From contig JAVBME010000007.1 of NCBI GenBank assembly GCA_031552765.1, forward strand, positions 143,397-207,396: a stretch of 64,000 nucleotides of DNA, in the 5' to 3' direction. The DNA is from Acidaminococcales bacterium. GTDB taxonomy: Bacteria; Bacillota; Negativicutes; Acidaminococcales; JAISLQ01. Of this stretch, positions 36,441-45,613 are shown in pieces (positions within the stretch are counted from its first letter, which is position 1; each line of letters opens with the position of its first letter). The notes beneath the pieces were generated by a model. It worked only from the letters and a program-made list of their open reading frames with translations. It was not told the origin of the DNA and did not search any database. The position numbers and the translations under genes were made by a program.

Positions 36441-37538
36441 TTAAAGAGTAAAATCTTCCTCTCTCAAAGGTATATACCCGCACGGCGGCACAAATGGTTT
36501 TTGGGTACCTGGCGGAGAAGACTCTTCCAGCTGTTTTATCTCATCCAAACAAATTTTTGCGTCAAAGCGTTCCTGGTAAACATGCTTTTGCAACAATTTA
36601 AAGGTTGGATTGTTTGCTATCTCCAAATCAAAACCTTGAATTAAAAATAGATATTTTTTGAAAAGAACAATATTGTCCTCTGCAAACTCTTCGCCTTTGA
36701 GTAAAGGCGCTTTCAATAACCAATAAATCGCGTAATTGAGAATATAGTTGCTGACTTTTTTCTCCATTTCTTCGCGCCTTTGTAAAACATTTTCCAATTT
36801 ATTTTGTTCCGCTAGTTCCAGCATATCCAAATATAGAAGATAACGGTCTATTGCCATAGTCATACGTTTAATATGATTAGCGCCTAAAGCTCCTGAATGG
36901 ATTCTTTGTCCCATCAGTTTTTCATTTATATATCCCATATCTGAATACATGCTATATTTAAAACATCCCTCCCAATCCATAAAATTGCTTTCTCGGCCAG
37001 TATTATATATATTAATTTTTTCAAGTAATTCTTTGCGTATAGCTGTTTGCGGAAAACCACCCAAAGACGCCACAGCCCAAACGGGGAGTTGCTTCTCCTT
37101 AGGCACTATACAACTGCGATCGTAAAAAGGTTTTATTATATTAGCCGCTTCTCCATGTTCATCAATAACATCATAATCTACCATTACAAAGCCGACGTTT
37201 TTGTTTTTATTCATAATGACAGCAGCTTTTTCAGCAATTGTCGGCCTTAGTACATCATCAGCAGCTAAAAGTATAACATATTTGCCACTAGCTAATCGGC
37301 AAACTCTATCAAAATTTTTTCCTGCCCCTATATTTGTGTCATTCTGATATATCTTTATTCTATCCTTATATTTATTTGCTATTTCCATAGAATTATCAGT
37401 TGAACAATTATCGCTGAATATTACCTCGATATTCGGATAAGTCTGGTTTATCGCGCTTTGAATACAGCCATCTAAATAACGGCCATAGTTATAGTTTGGT
37501 ATGCAGATACTGACTAAAGGATACTTTTTTTTTGACAT
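36441..37538 (-). CDS. Family 2 glycosyltransferase
   Basis: VSICIPNYNYGRYLDGCIQSAINQTYPNIEVIFSDNCSTDNS and LLAADD (DxD-type). Confidence 0.85.
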   Translation of the reverse strand: MSKKKYPLVSICIPNYNYGRYLDGCIQSAINQTYPNIEVIFSDNCSTDNSMEIANKYKDRIKIYQNDTNIGAGKNFDRVCRLASGKYVILLAADDVLRPTIAEKAAVIMNKNKNVGFVMVDYDVIDEHGEAANIIKPFYDRSCIVPKEKQLPVWAVASLGGFPQTAIRKELLEKINIYNTGRESNFMDWEGCFKYSMYSDMGYINEKLMGQRIHSGALGANHIKRMTMAIDRYLLYLDMLELAEQNKLENVLQRREEMEKKVSNYILNYAIYWLLKAPLLKGEEFAEDNIVLFKKYLFLIQGFDLEIANNPTFKLLQKHVYQERFDAKICLDEIKQLEESSPPGTQKPFVPPCGYIPLREEDFTL

Positions 37539-37611
37539 CGGGAGTACACATCCTTAATAGTATTTTCTTGCAATCTATTAAATGTTTTATTGATTTTACA
37601 AAACTTATTGA

Positions 37612-38903
37612 CTACAAGCATGTACACAAGTTGTTCATACGATGACAGTCGGACATTGAAAAACATTCGCTTGAATAACCGACTGTTAGACCATTTTTCT
37701 TGCACTGAGCCACAAAATATACATAAATGTCAAATTGTTGTTCAGTGATGTTTGGCAATGGGCTGCCAATTTTTTTTGCTTCTAAAATGCTACTTAAATC
37801 ATTCGATAATATAACCAGGTCCGCTTTCAACCTTTGCGCAATATCAATAAACCCATTTATATCGTCAAAGTTGTCATTTATTCCCGGTATCAAAATATAT
37901 TTTAATTCAATACGACAATTGGTTTGGGCATATCTTTCAATGTTTGAAACTACCTTATAAAAAGTATCAGGTCCTTTTATCCTTTTATATGTTGCAGAAG
38001 TCCCCGCATCCAGGCTAACATTTAGGCAAGAAAGAGGTCTACTTAATATTTCCGCTAAACTATCATTATATATCGCTGCATTAGTACATACCCTGGCAAA
38101 CCAATTCCTGTCTTTTATCAATTTAAGAAGTTTGTCTCTATGGGGTAAAACGGTAATCTCCCCATCAACAAGACACACTGATTTTATTGAATCACCAAAT
38201 TCATCAGCTAAAATAAGGTGTATATCATATCCGTCTAAAACTTGATCGCTTCCAGAAAAAGCCGTATCTGACTGATTACAGTAAATACAGCGGAATTACA
38301 AGTAGTATTGGCAAAACCGGCACCGGCAGACAGCCATCTTATTTCAACATCTCTCGGCCAATAATCCCATTTTAGCAATGAGCAGCCATCACAGTCGGTC
38401 GGAACATCTGTTTTCATTCGTTCAAGCGTATCTTTCAGCCACAAACGAAAATCACCAATAGCGGACCTGACACTCTGCTCTGTAGGCATTTTTTCATTAT
38501 AACTAATCAGTTTACTATATGGAGTACAACATGCTGTAATTCCATACTTGCTAACAACCATTTCGCCCGACAATTGGCGGCACCCGCGCCTATATACTAC
38601 CTCTTCACAATACCGTATTCTTTCTTTCGGGATACTTTGCTCCAATAAGTAATTTGTGATGCTTTGCAAATTACCTGGCTGAGCGGTTACATAAATAATA
38701 TAATCAGGATATTTGGTTATTGCGTCAGCAAGAGAGTATATTGGGTATCCCTCACTTGAATCTTTAGATCCAAGTGAAAACAATTTATCGTGTTTTTTGC
38801 TGTCAATATCTGCAAAACAAACCGGTTCGCCGATCTTTTCTAGCCAACGGCTGAAATTTTGTATGGCATATCCTCCGGCGCCGTAAAAAATTTTTGCTTC
38901 CAT
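37612..38903 (-). pseudogene. Radical SAM enzyme with N-terminal Rossmann-like module, split by a 1-nt frameshift inside the CxxxCxxC motif
   Basis: ORFs 38235..38918 and 37612..38178 are two pieces of one gene. Shifting frame at 38290/38291 gives ..FANTTCNS(A)CIYCNQSDTAFSGSDQVLDGYDIHLILADEFGDSIKSVCLVDGEITVLP..NVSLDAGT... The DNA reads TGT AAT TCC GC- TGT ATT TAC TGT. Confidence 0.7.
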
Positions 38904-38946
38904 GCTTAAAACCTCCACGATATAGTTATCAAGTGTATTAACTCTT

Positions 38947-41097
38947 TCATTTAGTAGCGTTTATCGAGATAAACCCACACTCCGGCAAAGGCTGGCTAAG
39001 GTCAAATACATACTTCATTTCTTCGCTTTCGTGTTTAACAAAGCCCATGCGCGGCAGTAAATCTTTTACAAGAACATTCTTCGCTGTGGCGATATATTCG
39101 CCGCTTACAGTGCTTACGCCGGCCTGTTTGGCCGAGCGCAAAATGTCGGCAAATATAAATTCCTCCATCTGCCGCCCCAACACGCGGCAGCTCATTAAGA
39201 GTGTATCTATATGCCAATTGCCAGTTTCTTTTTTTACAATTACGACGCCGATCAGCCCCTGATCGCCAAAGCGGTCTTTGAGCCTGTACCATTTTGTCCA
39301 ATAACCCTCGCTGTTCTGGCAGATTTTCCTGACCTGTTCTTGCGTGTAGCGCCTGGTGGTCAAGTTGAACTGATTGGTTTTATTAATAAGCTGGGTGACG
39401 CGCGTGAGGGTCTTTTCATCCACGGCGCCGCATTCAGCCACCATATCGAGGCCCTGCAAAAAATCTTCTAAAGAATCGCCTGTGTTGGCGGTTTTTTCAA
39501 ATTCCTGCCGGGCCATGTTTTGCTTGTAACTGTCCTGGCGCACTTTATCCTCTTCTGTCAGCGCTATGCTGTCAAAATACTGCCCATTGCGCAATGCCGC
39601 CAGCATCTCCCAAGAACTGCTTCCCCCTTCAGGCACAGTCACTTCCGGCAGGGCTTTTCGCACTAGCGCCCGCTCCAGCGGATTGTCATCCAAAAAGACA
39701 AAACTGTCCAGTCCCAATGACAATGTTTGCGCAATATTTTTGATATTCTCCGCTTTATCTTGCCAATTAGCTTCAAACATGACAAAGTCGTCCAGTTTAA
39801 GCAGCATCTCCGGCCGTTCTTTAAAGGGCGTCTTTGCGTCTTCTTTATTGTTTTTCGAGCAAACGGCCAGCAGCACGCCTTTTTGCGCCAGTTCTTTCAT
39901 GTACTTCTGCAAGTCAAGGTGCGCCTCGCCCACTGGGCTGCCCTGGCCTATTTCCACCCCGTCCGCGCCCTCTTCACCGACTACGCCGCCCCATAGGGTA
40001 TTATCAAGGTCGGTCACCAGCACTTTGGCCGCCAGGCCAAAGGCCGCTCTGATGTGCGCTGACATATAGCGCGCAGTAAGTGGTAAGCACTCTAAAGCTG
40101 GGTACTGCTCCACATTATGCCATTCTTGGGCGGAGTAAAACCCTTCGCCCGCCCGGCGCTGCACTTTTGCCATATCGAGAAAAGATACGCCTGCCGGCAG
40201 TCCTTCGGCCAAGCGACTGTTGATTTTTGTTATGGTATGATTGCGCCCGCCGCCGAGCTCTTCCAGCAGTCCCCAGGCGCCGTCCGGCGGATAAGAAAAG
40301 CCAGCCTGCACAATATGGCAAGAGTGGCTGCCCTGCAATCTAGTCCACAGCGCTTTTAGTTCTTTCGGCGCTTCTTCGGCTTTTTGCAGCGTATTTTCCG
40401 GCCCCAGGCCCAAATCATGATGATTTAAAAGTATTATCACCACATCCGGCTTAAAAGCGTATAAAGAAGATCTATCGTCTAATACCTCCTGCCGCCAGTT
40501 CCCGTAAGCGCCTTCATACACTTCAGCCGCAATGCCGCTCAAAAAACTCTCCGCCCTGATTACCGGAGCCAAAAAAGCTGTGGTAGAGCTGCCCAAAAGA
40601 GCTATTTTTACTTTGCGGCGCACGGTGAAAGCTTCTTTATTTATTATCTTATCAATAGTTTTTTCCGCGTTTACATAAAAAGAATAGGCGGGCGATAAAG
40701 ACAAAGCCGTTTTAAGATCGGCGGCGGCCAGCCTGTATTTTTCCATCCGGGTATAAAGCTTTGCCCTTTCCAGCAAGAGTCCAATATCCGGCTTGGGTAA
40801 AAGTTCCAATGCCTCACTCAGTTTGCCGCAGGCCGCTTGCCGGTCTTGGCCCAGTATCATGCCGTATTGCAAAAACAAAGACAGCGGGCTTTTATATTTA
40901 GGCAGCTCTTCAGCCAGTCCGGCAAAGGCGCTGCTTTTTATTTCCAGTTTGTATTCCAAAAAAGCGGCCAAAGCCTTGGCCGCATCATAATCAAAACCAG
41001 TTGCTCGGTCATTGGCCAGGCAGCCTTTTAGCCATTCTTTAACAGTATTTTCCTCAGAAAACCCGGTCATATACTTTACCACTTCTTTTGTCAGCAC
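38947..41097 (-). CDS. FkbH-like HAD-IIIC protein (glyceryl-ACP-forming enzyme family) with N-terminal TPR-like region
   Basis: VLVTDLDNTLWGGVVGEEG (HAD motif I of the FkbH type), LAVCSKNN, FLDDNP, and a C-terminal acyltransferase-like domain. GTG start has a GAGGTG SD. Confidence 0.8.
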   Translation of the reverse strand: MLTKEVVKYMTGFSEENTVKEWLKGCLANDRATGFDYDAAKALAAFLEYKLEIKSSAFAGLAEELPKYKSPLSLFLQYGMILGQDRQAACGKLSEALELLPKPDIGLLLERAKLYTRMEKYRLAAADLKTALSLSPAYSFYVNAEKTIDKIINKEAFTVRRKVKIALLGSSTTAFLAPVIRAESFLSGIAAEVYEGAYGNWRQEVLDDRSSLYAFKPDVVIILLNHHDLGLGPENTLQKAEEAPKELKALWTRLQGSHSCHIVQAGFSYPPDGAWGLLEELGGGRNHTITKINSRLAEGLPAGVSFLDMAKVQRRAGEGFYSAQEWHNVEQYPALECLPLTARYMSAHIRAAFGLAAKVLVTDLDNTLWGGVVGEEGADGVEIGQGSPVGEAHLDLQKYMKELAQKGVLLAVCSKNNKEDAKTPFKERPEMLLKLDDFVMFEANWQDKAENIKNIAQTLSLGLDSFVFLDDNPLERALVRKALPEVTVPEGGSSSWEMLAALRNGQYFDSIALTEEDKVRQDSYKQNMARQEFEKTANTGDSLEDFLQGLDMVAECGAVDEKTLTRVTQLINKTNQFNLTTRRYTQEQVRKICQNSEGYWTKWYRLKDRFGDQGLIGVVIVKKETGNWHIDTLLMSCRVLGRQMEEFIFADILRSAKQAGVSTVSGEYIATAKNVLVKDLLPRMGFVKHESEEMKYVFDLSQPLPECGFISINATK

Positions 41098-41114
41098 AGG
41101 TAAACACCTCTATT

Positions 41115-41357
41115 TTACGGCAAATGCCTGTTTATAGCCTCTATAAAATCCGCCACGCATTTTATTTTGCTCACTTCGCCCAGTTCCAGCGTTATATCGA
41201 ACTCTTCCTCCGCCATAATGACCAGCTTCACCTGGGCGACCGAGTCCCACTCAAGCAAAGTTTCCGGTGAAGTTTCATCAGATATTGCCATCGAGGGGTC
41301 GTCGAAAACTTCCCGGAAGATATTGCGCAGCCTTATACGCAGGGCGGCTTTGTCCAT
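41115..41357 (-). CDS. Acyl carrier protein (ACP-2)
   Basis: 80 aa with a LEWDSVAQVKL phosphopantetheine-site-like DSx motif. GAGGTG SD. Confidence 0.75.
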   Translation of the reverse strand: MDKAALRIRLRNIFREVFDDPSMAISDETSPETLLEWDSVAQVKLVIMAEEEFDITLELGEVSKIKCVADFIEAINRHLP

Positions 41358-41417
41358 GTTTTAACACCTCTTCTTGTAATTTCTGCCATATATTTGGCAA
41401 TAAACGCCTTATCGGAT

Positions 41418-42491
41418 TTACCCTATTTCACAACCTTGTTCATAAATAACAGGCGGTAAAACAAGTGTCTTGGATAAATCTGCTATAACAGAAGCAACAG
41501 TAAGACCTGAGCCAAAACCGCTCGACAGCACTTTTGCCAGTTTATTGTCCTTGGCCAGTTGATCCCAGCTCAGACAAAGGGCCAGAGGGATCGACACCGG
41601 GCCAGTATTTCCGGTATTTTCCAGCAGTATCGGCAGGCTTTCCCGAGGTATTTTCAGCTTTTTTTGCAAATATTCAAGAATAAGCCTGTTGGGCTGATGA
41701 AACAAAAAAGTATCTATATCCTGCTTTGTCAGCTCAGCCTCAGCCAGCGCCTCTTTTACAGAGTCTGGCACATGCTTTAGCGCAAAGTGCATTACTTCCA
41801 TACCATCCATATAAAAATCGTTGGGCGCTCTTGTATTTCCGTTGCCATCCACTTCTTCACGGCAGGTACCCATGCAGTAAGGCATACGTTGAGCTCCCGC
41901 CGGAATACAAAGATATTTGACCCCCCCGCCATTAGTGTAAACATGAAAAGGCATACTGCCCGCGCCTTTTTCTACCAAAACAGCGGCGCCTGCGTCGCCC
42001 ATCAAGACTCTGGTCGAACGGTCTTTGGGATTGATAAACTTGGAAAGTGTATCGCCCAAACATAGCAGCACTTTTTCCGCCATACCGGATGAAATGAGCA
42101 TCCCTGCCTGCAATAAGCCGTAAATATAGCCTGAGCAGCCATAATTGATATCAAATGCGGTTATATCTTTGCGTAAAGACAGTCTATCTTGCATTACAGC
42201 GCTGGTGGCCGGCAGTTTATAGTCCGGAGTCTGGGTAATAAAAACCAGCGCGTCGATCGCAGAAGGCTCTATAGCCATTTTATCCAGCAGATGTTTGGCC
42301 GCGTGCACACATAAATCAGATGCGCAGGTTTCGTCTCCCGCAATGTGCACTCTTTTCACGCCGCTACTGGAGATTATGCGGCTCATATCCGCATCGCTGA
42401 ACTCTTTTCCCATGTCCGCCACTTCAACTATACGCGCCGGCAATGATGACGCCACACCTGTCAATGCTACCCCGTTTATTGTACATTTCAT
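41418..42491 (-). CDS. KAS III (FabH-like) condensing enzyme, copy 2
   Basis: NYGCSGYIYGL (Cys), FHQPNRLIL (His), NTGNTGPVSIP (Asn). Confidence 0.85.
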   Translation of the reverse strand: MKCTINGVALTGVASSLPARIVEVADMGKEFSDADMSRIISSSGVKRVHIAGDETCASDLCVHAAKHLLDKMAIEPSAIDALVFITQTPDYKLPATSAVMQDRLSLRKDITAFDINYGCSGYIYGLLQAGMLISSGMAEKVLLCLGDTLSKFINPKDRSTRVLMGDAGAAVLVEKGAGSMPFHVYTNGGGVKYLCIPAGAQRMPYCMGTCREEVDGNGNTRAPNDFYMDGMEVMHFALKHVPDSVKEALAEAELTKQDIDTFLFHQPNRLILEYLQKKLKIPRESLPILLENTGNTGPVSIPLALCLSWDQLAKDNKLAKVLSSGFGSGLTVASVIADLSKTLVLPPVIYEQGCEIG

Positions 42492-42517
42492 AATAGCTTT
42501 TCCTCTTGACTATAAAT

Positions 42518-43276
42518 CTATGCTAAAAATCCGCCATCTACAACCACATCGGTGCCTGTGATCCAACCCGAGCGGCTGCTAAGCAAAAACAGCGCAACTC
42601 CGCTAACATCACAAGTCGTTCCCGTGCCGATCAAATGCTGGTCAATATAGCTCTGATCGCGCACCAGTTCATATTTTGTCGTCATTTTGGTATCGACAAC
42701 ACCCGGGCTTATAGAGTTTACTCTATGCTGCTTGGCCGATATTTCCTTGGCGGCAGATTGCACGGCCACTTTCACGGCGGCCTTTGCCGCGCTGTAGGCA
42801 AAAAAACCCTTTTGTCCGCGGCTTGCGCTGGCGGAAGCAAACAACACATTCGAAGTGCCGCGGTTGGCATAAGAGACCTTGGTAACCAACTGCAAAAGCT
42901 TCATGCCCGCCCAAAAGCTGACGTCCATTATAGCTTTTGCCGAAGCTTCGTCATAACTTTTTAAAGGAGTTATATCAATAATCCCTGCTACATGGACACA
43001 GCCGTCCAGTTTGCCGCAAGCGGTCACAAACGCCTTTATACATTCTTCGAGTTTGTCATATTGCCTTACATCACATATTCCGGTTACGATATTGTCTTTA
43101 TACTGCTTTTGCAATTCTCCCAGCTCTTCTTCACGCCTGGCGATAGCCAAGACCTTGGCGTTGGCCGCTGCCAGGTCCGCAGCTATTTGCCTGCCGATAC
43201 CGGACGAAGCCCCGGTCACAACAAAGTTTTTACCTGTAAAATCATAGCTTATATCATTAGATTGCATACTCTTCAC
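42518..43276 (-). CDS. Short-chain dehydrogenase/reductase (FabG-like ketoreductase)
   Basis: VVTGASSGIGRQ and YSAAKAAV. Start is uncertain: GTG 43276 or ATG 43267. Confidence 0.8.
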   Translation of the reverse strand: MKSMQSNDISYDFTGKNFVVTGASSGIGRQIAADLAAANAKVLAIARREEELGELQKQYKDNIVTGICDVRQYDKLEECIKAFVTACGKLDGCVHVAGIIDITPLKSYDEASAKAIMDVSFWAGMKLLQLVTKVSYANRGTSNVLFASASASRGQKGFFAYSAAKAAVKVAVQSAAKEISAKQHRVNSISPGVVDTKMTTKYELVRDQSYIDQHLIGTGTTCDVSGVALFLLSSRSGWITGTDVVVDGGFLA

Positions 43277-43334
43277 TCGTTTCGCAAAGATTTGCCAGGT
43301 TTACTTTATAAATCCATAGCCTGGCAAAAGTTTT

Positions 43335-43544
43335 TTATTTAACCAGCAAATATAAGTCCTGTACAGTCTGGGCTTTTTTGATATCGGCAAAAACCATTGT
43401 TTTACCGTATTCAGAGTCAACCATAGCAACAAAGCTCACCAAACCAAGAGAATCCCACTCCTCTACCTCCGCAAGCTTAGTTTCCATGGTAAGAGTGATT
43501 TCCGGCTCCAATATCTCCGTCATTTTTTCCAAAAATTCATCCAT
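43335..43544 (-). CDS. Acyl carrier protein (ACP-1)
   Basis: 69 aa with an EEWDSLGLVSF DSL motif. GAGGAGG SD. Confidence 0.75.
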   Translation of the reverse strand: MDEFLEKMTEILEPEITLTMETKLAEVEEWDSLGLVSFVAMVDSEYGKTMVFADIKKAQTVQDLYLLVK

Positions 43545-43571
43545 GTTTAAACAACCTCCTCTTTTTTTATA

Positions 43572-44624
43572 TCATGCCGTGTAATCAAAAGGCGGCAAAA
43601 TAACAGTTTCCGACAAATCTGCGATAGTTGAGGCGATAGACAGCCCCACGCCAAACCCACAGCACAGCACTTTAGACATACTGCCCTGTACCCGTAAACT
43701 ATCCACTGCCAAAGTTAAAGCCAGCGGAATGGAGGCCGAGCTGGTATTGCCAGTATCTTGCAACATTATGGGCAAACGCTCTGCGGGTATTTTCATTTTT
43801 TTACGCAAGTGGTTGAGCATAAATTCATTTGCCTGATGCAAAGCAAAAACATCTATATCATCCTTGCTGAGGACTGCTTCTTTTAGCACTCCATCGATAG
43901 ATTTAGGCACTTCTTTTATAGCAAAATTGAGTATTTCAAAACCATTCATATAAGTATGGTTTTTTGTCCTGGTATTGCCCTCTTCGTCCGTGTATTCCCT
44001 GGCCGTTTCAGCGCTGTAAGGCATCCGGCAACCGCCGGCCGGGACAATAATATGCCCAGAGCCCGAGCCATCTGTGAAAAAATGAAAAGGCATTGATCCC
44101 GCACCTTTTTCTATGATGGTGGCTGTTCCGGCATCGCCGAATAGCACCCGGGTAGAGCGGTCTTTCGGATAGGCAAAGTGTGTGCTTATTTCTCCCGCGC
44201 ATAGCAGCACTTTTTGGCAAACACCTGTAGAAATAAGCATGGCAGCCTGCAAAAGGCCATAAACATACCCTGAACAGCCATAAGCTATATCAAAGGCTAC
44301 CACGTCGGTCGACAAGCCCAGCCGGTCTTGTATGATACAACTGGTCGCCGGGAGCTTGTAGTCAAAAGTTTGCGAAACAAATACTACTGCATCGACAGTG
44401 CTTCTGTCGATATTGCCGGCAGCAAAAAGTTTTTCTGCGGCAAATACACACAAATCAGACGTACAGGTATTTTCACCGGCAATACGAATGTTTCTCACTC
44501 CACTGCTGGCAATTATGCGCTCAACTTCGGCAGCGCCAAAACCCATATCTTTTACCGCCAGTATATTTTGCGGCAGCGCTGACGCAATCGCTGTTATAGC
44601 AATATTATTTATAGTATGGCTCAT
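43572..44624 (-). CDS. KAS III (FabH-like) condensing enzyme, copy 1
   Basis: AYGCSGYVYGL, LHQANEFML, DTGNTSSASIP. Start chosen at ATG 44624 (MSHTINNIAI), which aligns with MKCTINGVAL of copy 2. Confidence 0.85.
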   Translation of the reverse strand: MSHTINNIAITAIASALPQNILAVKDMGFGAAEVERIIASSGVRNIRIAGENTCTSDLCVFAAEKLFAAGNIDRSTVDAVVFVSQTFDYKLPATSCIIQDRLGLSTDVVAFDIAYGCSGYVYGLLQAAMLISTGVCQKVLLCAGEISTHFAYPKDRSTRVLFGDAGTATIIEKGAGSMPFHFFTDGSGSGHIIVPAGGCRMPYSAETAREYTDEEGNTRTKNHTYMNGFEILNFAIKEVPKSIDGVLKEAVLSKDDIDVFALHQANEFMLNHLRKKMKIPAERLPIMLQDTGNTSSASIPLALTLAVDSLRVQGSMSKVLCCGFGVGLSIASTIADLSETVILPPFDYTA

Positions 44625-44638
44625 TTTCATACACACCT

Positions 44639-45229
44639 TTACTCCAAAAGACTTTTAGCAAAACCGGCTATAGATGATTTTTTTCCCCGAAACAGCAAAA
44701 ACTCGATTTTATCCTTACTTTGCAGCCAGGCATCTTTAAATAACGCCATTCTTACTATATCCTGGTATTCACCATTTTTAAGCTTGTGTTTCACAAAATA
44801 ACCCTCTTGCACAAAACCAAGTTTTTTCTGGTAAGTTATGGCGGCTTTGTTAAAAGCGAATACCTCAATAGACACTTTGCGCATATTTTCAACTTCAAAA
44901 ATGTAGCTGGTACAAAAAAAAGACATTAGCACACCGGCGCCCGGCAGAATTTGCTCTTCTCCGATATAGGCGCCGGAAAAGCATGTACCGTCACACTCGT
45001 TTATGTCAACATAAGAAGTAAAGCCTATCGGCTGGCCATGATACTCAAATATAAGGTATATCGCATCCTGGCGCGTAACAGCCTTCTCCAGCCAAGCCTG
45101 GTGCTCTTCTTTTTTGATGATATGGTCGCTATACATATTGGCCCGTACACGCTCGCTATTGCGCCAGGCAAAGAGCGTTTCCAAGTCGCTCCTGTCGATC
45201 CCTCTGATTTTAAAAACACTATCTGCCAT
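44639..45229 (-). CDS. GNAT N-acyltransferase, PseH-like
   Basis: IRGIDRSDLETLFAWRNSERVRANMYSDHIIKKEEHQAWLEK.. resembles PseH/FlmH-type acetyltransferases. GNAT core is KKLGFVQEG. Confidence 0.7.
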   Translation of the reverse strand: MADSVFKIRGIDRSDLETLFAWRNSERVRANMYSDHIIKKEEHQAWLEKAVTRQDAIYLIFEYHGQPIGFTSYVDINECDGTCFSGAYIGEEQILPGAGVLMSFFCTSYIFEVENMRKVSIEVFAFNKAAITYQKKLGFVQEGYFVKHKLKNGEYQDIVRMALFKDAWLQSKDKIEFLLFRGKKSSIAGFAKSLLE

Positions 45230-45250
45230 GCCTATCCTCCTAAAGACCGC

Positions 45251-45613
45251 TTATAGAGAGTGTATATCCCTGTCTTTAGCCTCCGGGGCCATGGCTTCAG
45301 ACAAAGCATTCAGCCAGGTACAATCCGAAAGCGCTGTAAAAGTATGCGCCTCGTAGGGTTCTATAATAAAAATATCTCCTTGATGTGCGGTAAATTCACA
45401 GATAACCTTGCCATGCATATCTACGATTACGACCTTTATCTCACCGCCTAATATATAAAAAAGCTCCTCGGTGGTTTTATGGTAGTGTCCGCCGCGCACC
45501 GCGCCTTTCTTGCTTTCGATGAGATTGATCTCCCGCCAGCAGCCGCTGTTTATGATACCGTTGATCTTGCCGCGTTCGTCTTCAAATAACTGATAAGAAG
45601 ATACTTTCTTCAC
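45251..45613 (-). CDS. Cupin-fold protein (sugar ketoisomerase/WxcM-like)
   Basis: 120 aa with DERGKI..VRGGHYHK..EPYEAHTF cupin motifs. Confidence 0.65.
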   Translation of the reverse strand: MKKVSSYQLFEDERGKINGIINSGCWREINLIESKKGAVRGGHYHKTTEELFYILGGEIKVVIVDMHGKVICEFTAHQGDIFIIEPYEAHTFTALSDCTWLNALSEAMAPEAKDRDIHSL

